Virus record (IMG/VR): IMGVR_UViG_2850949226_000002
Direction: 5' to 3' (one strand)
Source: an uncultured virus (IMG/VR IMGVR_UViG_2850949226_000002)
Lineage: Duplodnaviria > Heunggongvirae > Uroviricota > Caudoviricetes
DNA: 64,000 nt
Of the stretch, positions 44,742-55,265 are shown piece after piece (the stretch's first letter is position 1; each line of letters starts with the position of its first letter). The notes beneath the pieces are model-generated. The model was not told where the DNA came from, made no database searches, and worked only from the letters and a program-made list of their open reading frames with translations. The position numbers and the translations under genes were made by a program.

Positions 44742-44981
44742 ATGAAAATCACTCCCGATGAGGTAAAAGAATATCTGCGGATTGATGGAGATGAGGAGGA
44801 TTCCCTTATCTCCTTTTTTATTTCCGCCGCAGAGAAACATCTGGAAAACGCCGGTGTAACCGACAAGGAATCGGAACTATATAAACTGGCCGTCCTCATA
44901 TACGTCACAGATGCGTATGAAAACAGATCAACCGCAATGAGCGGAAACAAAGTAGCCGGCATTGTATTGCAACTGAGGTGA
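44742..44981 (+). CDS. Head-tail connector (gp6-like)
   Basis: EVKEYLRID..EED.LI...YENR. Confidence 0.9.
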   Translation: MKITPDEVKEYLRIDGDEEDSLISFFISAAEKHLENAGVTDKESELYKLAVLIYVTDAYENRSTAMSGNKVAGIVLQLR

Positions 44982-44985
44982 TCAC

Positions 44986-45321
44986 GTGAAAACAGGAGAT
45001 TTTAATAAGCGGATCACATTTCTCCGTTTTACCGAAACAACAAACGATGAGGGATTCGAAATAAAGGAATGGTTACCGGTTGCGACCGTTTGGTCAGCGG
45101 TTAAGACGGTTCAGGGGCGCGAATTTTACCAGGCGGGCGCAGTACAGGCGGACAGGACAGCGCGGTTTGTTATTCGATATTCAAAACGGATGAAGTCGCT
45201 TCTTAGAAATGACTTGCGCATTTCATACGCGGGAAGGACGTTCGAAATAGAAAGCTTTATAAATGACGATGAACGTAACGTCACCTTTACGTTAGTGACG
45301 AAGGAGGTCGGAATCAAATGA
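44986..45321 (+). CDS. Head closure protein
   Basis: G.FNKRITF...VW..V...GREFY.A...F.IRY. Confidence 0.9.
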   Translation: MKTGDFNKRITFLRFTETTNDEGFEIKEWLPVATVWSAVKTVQGREFYQAGAVQADRTARFVIRYSKRMKSLLRNDLRISYAGRTFEIESFINDDERNVTFTLVTKEVGIK

Positions 45322-45740
45322 GCATTCAGATTTCCGGGTTTGACGAAGTAATGCGAAACATCCAACGTATGGGCAATCGGGCTAATTCATTAAAATCCGG
45401 CGCATTAGATGCCGGAGCAAAGCCTATCTATAAAACTATGGAAAATAAAAACCCAAGTAAAAGATACAAGATCGCTGTCGAAAAAAGTAAGTCAGACGAA
45501 GTAGTAATCGGTCCTGAAAAAGACTTTTTCACAGCGCATTTTCTTGAATTCGGCACAAGCCCACACCTTATAAAACTGCGAAAAGCCAAGATACAAACAG
45601 ACGGCCAAGTTGTTTACGGTAAGGAAATTAACCACCCAGGGCACGCTCCTCGACCATTCGTTGAGCCGTCTTTTATTGCGTCTAAGGAAGATGCGCAACA
45701 AGAGATTGTTAACTACCTGAGAAGGAATTTATTGCCATGA
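45318..45740 (+). CDS. HK97 gp10-like tail component
   Basis: HFLEFGT...PRPFVEP. Confidence 0.88.
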   Translation: MSIQISGFDEVMRNIQRMGNRANSLKSGALDAGAKPIYKTMENKNPSKRYKIAVEKSKSDEVVIGPEKDFFTAHFLEFGTSPHLIKLRKAKIQTDGQVVYGKEINHPGHAPRPFVEPSFIASKEDAQQEIVNYLRRNLLP

Positions 45741-46081
45741 GTCTACGGAGTCTAGTAATGGCGACTTTAAAGGATATTGGCGTACCTGTTCGATTTATTA
45801 CGTATTCGGGCGACGAGGATACGTACATTCTCTTTTATGTTTATACCGTATCTGACGCACTTTCAATGGAGGATGAAGAAACTTTCGCTAATCACTATGT
45901 TCAGATTAGTATCTTCACAAAAGACCCGACAAAATATTCAGAATTAGAAAAAGAGGTAAAGAGCCGGCTCAAACGAGCTGGCTTTTTTCGTTCAAACGAG
46001 CAGGACCTTTATGAAAACGAAACCGAGCTTTTTCACAAAGTCTTGCGTTATGGGACGACACTAAATACGGAAGAGGAGTGA
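45737..46081 (+). CDS. Tail terminator/completion protein
   Basis: Position; QISIF...GF.R...DLYE.ET..FHK motif. Confidence 0.8.
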   Translation: MSLRSLVMATLKDIGVPVRFITYSGDEDTYILFYVYTVSDALSMEDEETFANHYVQISIFTKDPTKYSELEKEVKSRLKRAGFFRSNEQDLYENETELFHKVLRYGTTLNTEEE

Positions 46082-46089
46082 AGCAACCT

Positions 46090-46671
46090 ATGGCAAAAGG
46101 CGTACGCGTAGGTTTAAAAAATATACACTTTGCGAAAATTCTAACGGAAGATGAGAACGGAGTTACTTACGATACTCCGGTTAAAATCGGAAATGCGATC
46201 GAAGCAAGTATCACACCGAACACAAACAGCGAAACTCTATATGCTGATGACGGCCCTTCAGAAGTTGAATCTTCGTTGGGAGAAACGGAAGTTGAAATCG
46301 GTATCGATCAATTATCAACTACTGCACAGGCGTTGTTGCTCGGTCACACTATTCTTAGCGATGGTGTACTAGAGAAGAAAGAAACGGATATCGCACCGTA
46401 CGGAGCGTTGCTTTTTGAGTCAGCTACTACTGGAGGGAAATCTAAACTTTACGCGCTATATAAAGGGAGATTCCAGCCGCAAGAGGAGTCTTTTGCAACT
46501 AAAGGAGATAGTCCAGAATTCCAAACAGACTCAATTTCTGGCGTATTTGTACGTCGCGATCACGACAAGGTTTGGCAACGTAGCGTATTTACGGGAGATG
46601 AGGGCGTGAAAGCAGAGGTTATTGAAAACTGGTTTAAGAAAGTTTACGAACCAACAACCTCTACTCCCTGA
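46090..46671 (+). CDS. Major tail protein (phi13 family)
   Basis: GLKNIHFA, LYADDG, LYKG.F, TKGD..EFQ motifs. Confidence 0.92.
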   Translation: MAKGVRVGLKNIHFAKILTEDENGVTYDTPVKIGNAIEASITPNTNSETLYADDGPSEVESSLGETEVEIGIDQLSTTAQALLLGHTILSDGVLEKKETDIAPYGALLFESATTGGKSKLYALYKGRFQPQEESFATKGDSPEFQTDSISGVFVRRDHDKVWQRSVFTGDEGVKAEVIENWFKKVYEPTTSTP

Positions 46672-46936
46672 TGCGCCCCAGAATCTACGGTACGACAGTA
46701 CGACAGATTCTATTACAGTTGAATGGGATCCCGTAGATGGGGCGACTTCATACAACGTTTACAGAGGCGCAGACAAGAAATTCGCTGAAAACGTGACGCA
46801 ACCTAAGTATGTAACAACCGGCATGAGTCCGGATACTAAACTCACAATTAACGTAACGGCTGCTAATGAGTCCGGCGAGTCTCCTATGAGCGAAATTGTG
46901 ACACAAACGAAGATGAAAATAGAAACGGAGAGCTAA
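46670..46936 (+). CDS. FN3 extension fused to major tail protein by +1 frameshift
   Basis: CCC-TGA at 46666-46671; +1 frame reads DAPQNLRYDSTTDSITVEWDPV... Confidence 0.8.
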   Translation, partial: DAPQNLRYDSTTDSITVEWDPVDGATSYNVYRGADKKFAENVTQPKYVTTGMSPDTKLTINVTAANESGESPMSEIVTQTKMKIETES

Positions 46937-46955
46937 GTTTTTAGCTCTCTTTTTA
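46928..46955 (+). terminator. Terminator after the tail tube genes
   Basis: gagagctaa-gttt-ttagctctc followed by T5. Confidence 0.75.
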
Positions 46956-46986
46956 TTAAAAAATAAAGAAATTAGGAGTGTGGGTT

Positions 46987-47322
46987 ATGCAAATCACATT
47001 AATGATTGATGGTGAAGAGAAGGTATTTCAAGCACCTTTCGTAAAGGGGCGTATGTTGCGGGAAGCTATTAAACTTTCGAAGTCGAGCAACTTTGATGAT
47101 TTGGATGTTGAAGATTTGGACGCATTGGTAGGTTACGTAGTCCGAGTTTATGACGAACAATTCGATATCGATCAATTTTATGATGGGATTTCTTCTGAAA
47201 AACTAATTCCTACAATTACGGAAACAATCCAACAAGTCGTTGGAACTGTAGCTGTTCCAAATGAACAAGTTGGCGAGAACAAAGAAACTGAAGCGCAGGC
47301 AATCGGTGAGGTAAAAAACTAA
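46987..47322 (+). CDS. Tail assembly chaperone (gpG-like)
   Basis: Position; ends in slippery A-AAA-AAC. Confidence 0.85.
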   Translation: MQITLMIDGEEKVFQAPFVKGRMLREAIKLSKSSNFDDLDVEDLDALVGYVVRVYDEQFDIDQFYDGISSEKLIPTITETIQQVVGTVAVPNEQVGENKETEAQAIGEVKN

Positions 47323-47546
47323 CACCGGGGTATATTTTACCCCTTGATGTTTTAGATCAACTTGATAGGGATCTCAAAAAGCTCTATCTCGACAACTCCG
47401 AAAAACCCTCGGATATCTATTACCTAGACGAAATGGACATCGGGTGGTTTTGCGAACTAATGAATTTTAGTGATGGTGGTAGCTCTCACGGAAGCGGAAA
47501 AACACAACAAAAACTCGGCTATATCGATCAGATACCGGGTTTTTAG
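47313..47546 (+). CDS. gpT-like -1 frameshift extension of the chaperone (not in ORF track)
   Basis: -1 frame KLTPGYILP...LDEMDI...YIDQIPGF; hairpin GGGGTA..TACCCC downstream of the slip site. Confidence 0.82.
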   Translation, partial: KKLTPGYILPLDVLDQLDRDLKKLYLDNSEKPSDIYYLDEMDIGWFCELMNFSDGGSSHGSGKTQQKLGYIDQIPGF

Positions 47547-47564
47547 AAGGGAGGTATCGGAGAT

Positions 47565-50500
47565 TTGGCGACTGAATCAGTCGGATCTATACGCGTTAGT
47601 TTAGGTCTAGACAACATTGACTTCTCTCGCGGCCTACAGGACGTTAACAGAAAATTAAAGGTACTAAACTCGGAATTCAAAGCGGCAATGGCTGGAGCTG
47701 GCCGATTCGATAACAGCCTGGATTCACTGCGTAATAAGACCGACATATTAAATCGGACTTTACAAACGCAAAAGGCGAAACTTAACGAGTTGAAGCGGCA
47801 ATATGAAGAGAGCGTAAGGACGACGGGAAGGTATTCGGCACAATCTGAAAAGCTCCTCGCCCAGTATAATCGAACTGTTGCAGCGGTTCGGAAAACTGAG
47901 GATCAATTAGACCTTCTTAACCGTAAAATGCGAGAGCAGAGCAACGGCTTCAGTCAATTAGGCGCTAAAATTAGCGCAAGCATTAAGACGATCGATACGA
48001 AGTTACGCGTATTGGATTCGTCATTTGAGGCTGCATCAGCCGGCATAAGGGATTTCGGTTCTACTACCGAGCAACTACGGCAAAAATCGGAACATCTTAC
48101 GCAATCGATCTCGTTACAAGAGCAGCGTCTTAAAAACATCCGCCGATTGTATCTCGAAGCTAAACGAGCAAAAGGCGAAGATGCTCAGGCGACTCAAGAA
48201 TTGCGCGTTCAAATGAATCAAGCGACGGCACAACTTCGAACAACTCAAGCCGAACTGGCCGCAACAAACCGGCAGATCCAATCGAACACAGGCCGTTGGA
48301 ACGAGCTCGGCAACCGGATGGGCGAAGTCGGAGATCGGATGCGGGACGTTGGCGGTCGGATGCAATCTGCGGGATCTGAAATCGCGATGTCATTCGGCGT
48401 AGCGACAGCGGCTTTAGGCGGAGGTCTTGCGGTTTCAACGAAAAAAGCGATGGACTTCGAGCAGCAGATGTCGAGCGTGAAGGCGGTCATGAATCCGGCA
48501 GAAGCCAACCAATACAGCGCTGCCCTTACGGAATTAGCCATTAAACTCGGTGCTGATACGAAATACAGTGCGCTTGAAGCTGCGCAAGGTATGGAAGAAC
48601 TCGTAAAGGCCGGTGTATCTACGAAGGACATACTGAATGGCGCACTTAAGGGCGCGCTATCGCTTGCGACAGCGGGAGAGTTAGAGCTTGCGGATGCGGC
48701 GGAAATTGCGTCGACTGCACTGAATGCGTTTAAAGACGATAACATTAGCGTTGCACAGGCAGCAGATATTCTCGCAGGGGCCGCAAACTCTTCTGCAACA
48801 ACGGTTGGAGAGATGCGGTATGGTCTTCAAATGACATCCGCAGTAGCGGCTGGAATGGGTCTTTCTTTTAAAGACACGGCTACTACATTGGCTCTTTTCG
48901 CTCAGAATGGACTGAAAGGGTCCGACGCAGGTACTTCAATGAAAACGATGTTAAGTCGTTTAGTACCTATGACAAAGGCTCAGTACGAGACCATGCACGA
49001 TCTTGGTCTAGTCACCCTTGATACTTCCGAAGCTTTTAAACGTATGGCTGATAAAGGCTTCAAACCAGCGAGTAAAAATATCGGCGATATATACGAGGCA
49101 CTTAACAAGTATGTTGAAAAGACGACAGGAGCGAAGCAAGGGACCGAAAAGTTCGAGAAGGCCTTTGACAAAGCCACTCGGAGTCTTGGAATCATGGACA
49201 ATAAATTTTTTGATGCTAACGGAAATATTCGGAGTATGACAGAAATATCTGGAGAGCTTTCTAAAGCGCTTGACGGTTTGTCCGCAAAAGATAAACAAGA
49301 AGCCCTTTACAATATTTTCGGTAGTGACGCTATTCGAGGCGCGTTGATTCTTGGTAAGGAAGGAAGTAAAGGCTTCGATAAAATGGCGGCTGCAATGGAT
49401 AAAATTAAAGCCGATAATGTTGCTGCTGAAAAAATGAATAACCTTAAGGGTAAAATCGAAGAGCTTTCCGGTGCCGTAGAAACTGCACAAATTTCATTTG
49501 GTAATGCGCTAACCCCAGCTATCTCTGCACTCGTTTCTGTGCTTCAGAGCGCGACGGACTGGTTTAACGGTCTATCTAAAGGAATGCAATCGTTCGTAGC
49601 TATTTCTTTAGCGGTTACAACTGTAATTATGGGCATTGTTGCAGCGTTAGGTTTTTTAATGCTAGGTGTCGGCCAAATGATATCTGGACTCGGGACTGTA
49701 AGCGGTCTTTTAAAAGGTTTGATAAAAAGTGAAAAGTTTATAAAGGTTTTAGGTGTTGCATTCGGAGCACTTACGAGTCCGATCGGCCTTACGGTTCTTG
49801 GCATAACCGCGGTAGGAGCAGCACTTGTAATCGCGTACAAAAAGTCTGAGAAATTCCGTAATTTTGTGAACGGTGCCTTTGAGTCAGTTAGAAATGTGAC
49901 GGTTACGGCATTCAGCAGTATTGCGGCAGTGGTAGGCGACACATTTAATTTTATACAAAAAGCTTCGGTAGCCGGATGGGAGAGATTTGCTGACGGCGTC
50001 TCCGTTATTGTTCCGGCAGTACGACAGCGATTTGCTAACGTGGTTAATTCGATAGGTGAATTCGTTTCAAACATCGGATCGTCGATCGCAGATAGATTCG
50101 GTTCCGGACTAGCGGATAGAGCCGGCTCCGCAGTAGATTTATTCATTCAGAATTTAAGGGCTGCGTTTTCGAGCGTGGGCGGAATCATATCGATTTTAGC
50201 GCCAACCGTGACTGCGTTAGGGCTGGCGATGGCCGGAGTTTCCGGATCTATTGGTTTTGTCATCACCTCTCTTGTTAGTCTAGCCGGTTTTTTATTCCGA
50301 CTATATCAAACAAACGAAGAGTTTAGAGCGTCTGTACAGAACGCCTGGTCACAGTTTATGTCGGTGATCGGTAACGTTGTAGTTGCGATTCAGCCAATCA
50401 TAAATCAATTTATCGGGTATTTTTCGGATATTGCAGCAGAGCTTGCACCTGAATTCGCGAAAACGGGCGAAGTCATAATGTCCAGCATTAGTTCGTTAGG

Positions 50501-52865
50501 ACCAACGTTTACTGAGCTCGGAAATGCTTTTGGGGAATTGTGGACAACGTTAGGTCAATCATTCTCTGAAATTGCGGTTCAGATAGCGCCGGTAATCCAG
50601 GAATTAGGCGTGACTTTCGCGGCGTTTCTACCGCAAGTTGTAACTTTGGTTGGACAGTTGATTCAGACATGGGCATCTTTCCAAGTCCAATTCGCACAAC
50701 TTATTATGCAAGTCGCATCGGTACTATTGCCAATGTTAGCTCAAGCATTTACATCTTTGCTTCCGCTGATTTTACAAATCGTATCGTCTGTACTTCCAAT
50801 AGTGCTACAGTTGATTCAGTCCCTTGTTCCAGTAGTAACCACTATTGCGACTACCTTGTTACCAATTTTGCTACAGGCGTTTCAATCAATTTTCCCGCCA
50901 GTACTGGCGATAATTCAGTCTGTAGTGCCTATCGTCGCTAATCTGTTAACATCAGTTGCTCAAATCTTGAGTCAGTTGGCTGTAACCTTGCTACCACTCA
51001 TTCTGCAAGTTGTTCAGGCTGTTTTCCCTGTTGTAACAAGCATCATTCAGATTGCCATGCAGGTAGCCGTAACGGTTTTACAGTTAGTGGCAACTATAAT
51101 TCGTACTGTTCTTATCCCAGCGATCCAATTCGTGCTGAAAATTGTGCAAGTCGTGTTCCCTGTAGTTGTTAGTGTAATCCAAAACGCACTCAATATCGTG
51201 ATCAACGTAGTTAAGTTTTTCACTGCGCTACTAAAAGGCAATTGGAGTGCGGTCTGGAATGCGATACTTGGGATTCTGAAAAGTATTTGGAACATAATCA
51301 TCGCAGTAATCCGAGGAGCTGTAAATGTAGTCCTCACACTCTTTTCTGGATTGGTCAATGGGGCAGTTAGCGCCTGGAATTTCTTGAAGGACAGAACAGT
51401 AGGTTTGTTCAAATCAATCGGGAAATTTGCGGCCGACACGTTCCACAACATGATCGAGGGAGCAAAGGCGCTACCAGGTGAAATTGGTGACGGAATAAAA
51501 AATATGGCCGGCAGAGCTCTATCCGGAGTTAAATCTCTAGGAAATACGATGATCGGCGGACTTGAAGGAATTATCAATGGCTTGACGCAAAAAGGGATTA
51601 ACAAGCTACTCGATACATTCGGGGTGGATAAAAAACTCCAGATCCCTAAACTCGAAATTCCGAGGTTCGCTAAAGGTACGCCAGCAGGTGGGCACAAAGG
51701 CGGTCTTGCTATCTTAGGAGATGGAGGCGGTCCGGAGTTATTCCGTACACCTTCCGGTTTCACAGGTTTAAGCCCTGGAACCGACACGCTCTTTAATCTG
51801 CCAAAGGGGACGCAAGTCTTGCCGCATAAAGAAACACGCGAGGTACTATCTTCTGGAATCCCCGCATTCAGGAAAGGTACGAAGAACAAAAGTTTCTTCG
51901 ATTCTGCTATCGATGTTGGAAAATCCGCTGTTGATGCGGGTAAAGCTGCCGTAAACAGTGTTAAGGATTTCGCTTTTGATGCGTGGGAATACGTAAGCAA
52001 TCCGTCAAAACTTATCGCTAAAACGATAGAAAGTCTCGGACTGAAGTTGCCGGATATTTCCGGAGCTTTCGGGACAATTGCGAAAGGTGCCTTCGGTAAA
52101 GTCAAAGATTCCGCCGTCAGCTTTATGAAAAAGAAACTCGCTGACTTTGGTGGAGCTTTCGGAAGTGGCGATAAAGCGTCCGGAAACGTTAAGCAATGGA
52201 TTCGGGCGGCGATGGCTAAAACGAATTCGCCAGCTTCTTGGTTCGCCCCACTCGTTACAATTGCGATGAAAGAGTCCGGAGGCCGTACGGGTCCGTCTAC
52301 AATTAACCGTTGGGACTCGAACTGGAGACGTGGTACACCGTCAATGGGTCTTATGCAAACGATCAAACCAACGTTTGATGCGTATAAGCTTCCGGGCATG
52401 GGCGACATCATGAATCCGGTCCACAACGCGGTTGCGGCGATTCGTTATATCAAATCTCGCTATGGAAGCCCGTTTAATACTCCAGGCATCAGATCGATGG
52501 CGAAAGGCGGTCCGTACAAAGGATATAAAATCGGCGATATTGTGACGCAAAAGCAGCTCGCCTGGATTGCGGAAGAAGGTCCAGAAGCGATTATTCCGTT
52601 GCAAAACCATAGGCAGCGGGCGCAGCAATTATGGACGGCGGCAGGAAGAGAAATCGGTATGGATCCGTCCGGTGGAAGTAACGAGGAGGAAATTGCTTTG
52701 CTACGGGGACAAAACGCATTACTGCGCCAAACCAACACGTTGCTAACAGGTATTCTACGTAAGGATCCGAATGTTATTGTCGACTCGACGGCGCTTACAG
52801 ACAGTGTAGAAAAAGGCCAAGCACAGAACATCGGATTCAATAAATTGTTGTGGGGTGATCGATAA
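47565..52865 (+). CDS. Tape measure protein with C-terminal lytic transglycosylase domain
   Basis: 1766 aa; TP901-like core, amphipathic repeats, KESGG...GLMQ...AIRYIKSRYG motifs. Confidence 0.96.
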   Translation: MATESVGSIRVSLGLDNIDFSRGLQDVNRKLKVLNSEFKAAMAGAGRFDNSLDSLRNKTDILNRTLQTQKAKLNELKRQYEESVRTTGRYSAQSEKLLAQYNRTVAAVRKTEDQLDLLNRKMREQSNGFSQLGAKISASIKTIDTKLRVLDSSFEAASAGIRDFGSTTEQLRQKSEHLTQSISLQEQRLKNIRRLYLEAKRAKGEDAQATQELRVQMNQATAQLRTTQAELAATNRQIQSNTGRWNELGNRMGEVGDRMRDVGGRMQSAGSEIAMSFGVATAALGGGLAVSTKKAMDFEQQMSSVKAVMNPAEANQYSAALTELAIKLGADTKYSALEAAQGMEELVKAGVSTKDILNGALKGALSLATAGELELADAAEIASTALNAFKDDNISVAQAADILAGAANSSATTVGEMRYGLQMTSAVAAGMGLSFKDTATTLALFAQNGLKGSDAGTSMKTMLSRLVPMTKAQYETMHDLGLVTLDTSEAFKRMADKGFKPASKNIGDIYEALNKYVEKTTGAKQGTEKFEKAFDKATRSLGIMDNKFFDANGNIRSMTEISGELSKALDGLSAKDKQEALYNIFGSDAIRGALILGKEGSKGFDKMAAAMDKIKADNVAAEKMNNLKGKIEELSGAVETAQISFGNALTPAISALVSVLQSATDWFNGLSKGMQSFVAISLAVTTVIMGIVAALGFLMLGVGQMISGLGTVSGLLKGLIKSEKFIKVLGVAFGALTSPIGLTVLGITAVGAALVIAYKKSEKFRNFVNGAFESVRNVTVTAFSSIAAVVGDTFNFIQKASVAGWERFADGVSVIVPAVRQRFANVVNSIGEFVSNIGSSIADRFGSGLADRAGSAVDLFIQNLRAAFSSVGGIISILAPTVTALGLAMAGVSGSIGFVITSLVSLAGFLFRLYQTNEEFRASVQNAWSQFMSVIGNVVVAIQPIINQFIGYFSDIAAELAPEFAKTGEVIMSSISSLGPTFTELGNAFGELWTTLGQSFSEIAVQIAPVIQELGVTFAAFLPQVVTLVGQLIQTWASFQVQFAQLIMQVASVLLPMLAQAFTSLLPLILQIVSSVLPIVLQLIQSLVPVVTTIATTLLPILLQAFQSIFPPVLAIIQSVVPIVANLLTSVAQILSQLAVTLLPLILQVVQAVFPVVTSIIQIAMQVAVTVLQLVATIIRTVLIPAIQFVLKIVQVVFPVVVSVIQNALNIVINVVKFFTALLKGNWSAVWNAILGILKSIWNIIIAVIRGAVNVVLTLFSGLVNGAVSAWNFLKDRTVGLFKSIGKFAADTFHNMIEGAKALPGEIGDGIKNMAGRALSGVKSLGNTMIGGLEGIINGLTQKGINKLLDTFGVDKKLQIPKLEIPRFAKGTPAGGHKGGLAILGDGGGPELFRTPSGFTGLSPGTDTLFNLPKGTQVLPHKETREVLSSGIPAFRKGTKNKSFFDSAIDVGKSAVDAGKAAVNSVKDFAFDAWEYVSNPSKLIAKTIESLGLKLPDISGAFGTIAKGAFGKVKDSAVSFMKKKLADFGGAFGSGDKASGNVKQWIRAAMAKTNSPASWFAPLVTIAMKESGGRTGPSTINRWDSNWRRGTPSMGLMQTIKPTFDAYKLPGMGDIMNPVHNAVAAIRYIKSRYGSPFNTPGIRSMAKGGPYKGYKIGDIVTQKQLAWIAEEGPEAIIPLQNHRQRAQQLWTAAGREIGMDPSGGSNEEEIALLRGQNALLRQTNTLLTGILRKDPNVIVDSTALTDSVEKGQAQNIGFNKLLWGDR

Positions 52866-53687
52866 TTGGCGTACCTGACGATTATAAAGAACGGTGAGAC
52901 TATCGATCACCGTAAATACGGCTTAAAGCTTTTGAGCTTTCGTAAAGAATCATTAACACACCGGACTAACTACGAGGAAGTAGACGGTCGTCACGGCACG
53001 ATTGATACCGGAACAACGTTCGGTGAGCGAAAGCTCAAAGCGAAGTTTATGATTCAGGGCGTAGACCATCTCGATTACCAATTGGTGATCGATGAGGTTT
53101 ACGCTTTATTTGCGTGCGAAGAACCTATAGAACTAATCGATTCGAGACAGCCCGGTAAAGTGTGGACGGTAAAACCGAGCAGCACCTTCGAGCCAGAAGA
53201 CGTAAACCCAAGGACCGGTACATTTGAAATTGAATTTACGTCTCCGATACCGTTTGCGAGTTCAGTCGGTTCGACACTTGATCCTTTCACATTCGGTGAA
53301 AATATTTGGCAGATAGGTCAGGGACTTATACCCGCGGATGAACTTGTTTATATCCATCGCACTAAAAAATTCAGAATCTATAACGCTGGTAACGTAACAG
53401 TCGATCCTTGTAACGAGATGCCTCTGAATATCGTATATTCCGGATCATCCACAAATTTTGCGATCAAGAATATAACAACGGATCAAACTGTTTCATACAA
53501 CGGAACAACGAAATCAACCGACAAGATAAAACTCGAGGGGTTGCGCCATCTGAAAAACGGTATTAGCGTTTACGGAAATACTAATCGAGGATACATTTCG
53601 TTGAAACCTGGGTGGAATGACATCGAACTTTCTGGTACATCTGGAAGTTTCGAAATCTCGTTTGATTTCTTCTTTTTCTATAAGTAG
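52866..53687 (+). CDS. Distal tail protein (Dit)
   Basis: Position after TMP; VDGRHG, P.PFA.S, IYNAG, LKPGWN motifs. Confidence 0.88.
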   Translation: MAYLTIIKNGETIDHRKYGLKLLSFRKESLTHRTNYEEVDGRHGTIDTGTTFGERKLKAKFMIQGVDHLDYQLVIDEVYALFACEEPIELIDSRQPGKVWTVKPSSTFEPEDVNPRTGTFEIEFTSPIPFASSVGSTLDPFTFGENIWQIGQGLIPADELVYIHRTKKFRIYNAGNVTVDPCNEMPLNIVYSGSSTNFAIKNITTDQTVSYNGTTKSTDKIKLEGLRHLKNGISVYGNTNRGYISLKPGWNDIELSGTSGSFEISFDFFFFYK

Positions 53688-53696
53688 GTGAATCAA

Positions 53697-55223
53697 TTGA
53701 AAATATTAGCGGTTAAAGATGCAACAGGTGTAATGGAGCCGTTGCCAGGCTTTGTGACAACGCGAACTGACGGTAGTGACGGTGCGCGGTCGTTAAAAGT
53801 TACGGGGGTCAAGACTAAGAATAATCAGTCTGGCTATAACCTTGTCAAAAATGAAAATACACTTATTTTTGATAACGAAGAATATATCATCAAAACCCAC
53901 CGAGAACGAACGTACCGGAAAGGCGTCGGAGTTGAAGTAACGGCCATCCATCGTATCTTCGACGACTTAATGAATAACTATATATACGAAGAAAAGACGG
54001 GCACGCTTCGATTGGATGCGATGCTCTCTTTTGCATTAGCGGGAAGTGGGTACACTTTCGAAATAGATACGACAGACTTGCCGATATCTGTCAGGGTAGA
54101 AAATTTCGGTTGGAACAATTCGCTTGCTCTTTTTCGTGATATTCTCGAAAAGTTCGGAGCGGAGTTCGACTATAGAGGCAAGAAAATCTACGTTGCTAAA
54201 AAATTCGGCATTCAAAGAGATGATTCATTCTTGCGATATAAGTTCAACGTAAAAGATCCGCAAAAAGAGATCGATACCAGTAGTTTTTCGACATATATTC
54301 GAGGATATGGGAAGAAGGACGAAAAGGGCAATTATTTGTTCGCTGAATATAAGAGCCCGTTAGCGGAATTCTACGGCATCAAACATGCGGATCCGGTTAA
54401 AGACGAACGATACACAGATAAAGAAAGTCTTCTAGCGGCCATGAAAAAGCAGCTAAACGATAGCATGGATATATCCCTCACGTTTACTGCAATTGAACTT
54501 AAAAGCATGGGGCTGTCTGATATTAAAAAAGGTGATTATGTATGGTGTGTTATTGAGCCTTTTGATTTGAACGTTCAGCTACGAGCGGTGAGTAGGGAGG
54601 ATTACTCTGACGAATCCAAATCGCCTACATTTACTTTCGGGTCGATAGCGAAAAAGGCTTCTGACATAATCGCAAGTTTTAATACAACAAAAAAAGCGGT
54701 CGACAAAGTTATTGATACTTCAACTGGAAAAATAAAAGACTCTGCAATAAATATGAATGGAATCGCAACCAAGGCGGAACTTCAGTCCCACATAAGTAAT
54801 ACTGTTGTCCATATAACCGCAGAAGAAAGAGCGACATGGAATGCGGCTTCGAATTCCCTGGATAATCTAGATTCGATTACATGGGCAACTCCAATTCTTA
54901 AAAATGGCTGGGTGCAGTACCCAGATCAAAGTTGGAATTATCCGATTCAGTACGGAAAAGATTTCGTTGGTACAGTCTACCTTCGAGGCGCCATATCCTC
55001 AGGTACAATTGGTAACGCTATACCAGCTTTCACTCTTCCAGTTGGATATAGGCCTCCTTTCCCGTACTTGTTTATCGGAGTTTCGTCAGTGTCTCCAGAT
55101 GGGATTCCACAGTATTTCCGAGGCGTAGTCACTCCTAGTGGAGATGTGTGCATCGAAAACAGTTCTAGTGCAGAGTTGTCGAACCAATTCATCGGTATTT
55201 ATACGCAATTTAAAGCTGTATAA
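53697..55223 (+). CDS. Tal/baseplate hub protein with C-terminal fibre module
   Basis: TYIRGYGK, DERY motifs; C-terminal LKNGW...VYLRG...LPVGYRP. Confidence 0.82.
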   Translation: MKILAVKDATGVMEPLPGFVTTRTDGSDGARSLKVTGVKTKNNQSGYNLVKNENTLIFDNEEYIIKTHRERTYRKGVGVEVTAIHRIFDDLMNNYIYEEKTGTLRLDAMLSFALAGSGYTFEIDTTDLPISVRVENFGWNNSLALFRDILEKFGAEFDYRGKKIYVAKKFGIQRDDSFLRYKFNVKDPQKEIDTSSFSTYIRGYGKKDEKGNYLFAEYKSPLAEFYGIKHADPVKDERYTDKESLLAAMKKQLNDSMDISLTFTAIELKSMGLSDIKKGDYVWCVIEPFDLNVQLRAVSREDYSDESKSPTFTFGSIAKKASDIIASFNTTKKAVDKVIDTSTGKIKDSAINMNGIATKAELQSHISNTVVHITAEERATWNAASNSLDNLDSITWATPILKNGWVQYPDQSWNYPIQYGKDFVGTVYLRGAISSGTIGNAIPAFTLPVGYRPPFPYLFIGVSSVSPDGIPQYFRGVVTPSGDVCIENSSSAELSNQFIGIYTQFKAV

Positions 55224-55265
55224 TAGGCAGTCATACCAGGGTGAAAATAGCAAAGGAGGAGACAG

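Noticed and set aside
43731..44840. 369-aa minus-strand ORF
   Set aside because: Antisense shadow of the capsid and decoration genes
51047..52426. 459-aa minus-strand ORF
   Set aside because: Antisense shadow of the tape measure gene with no recognisable motifs
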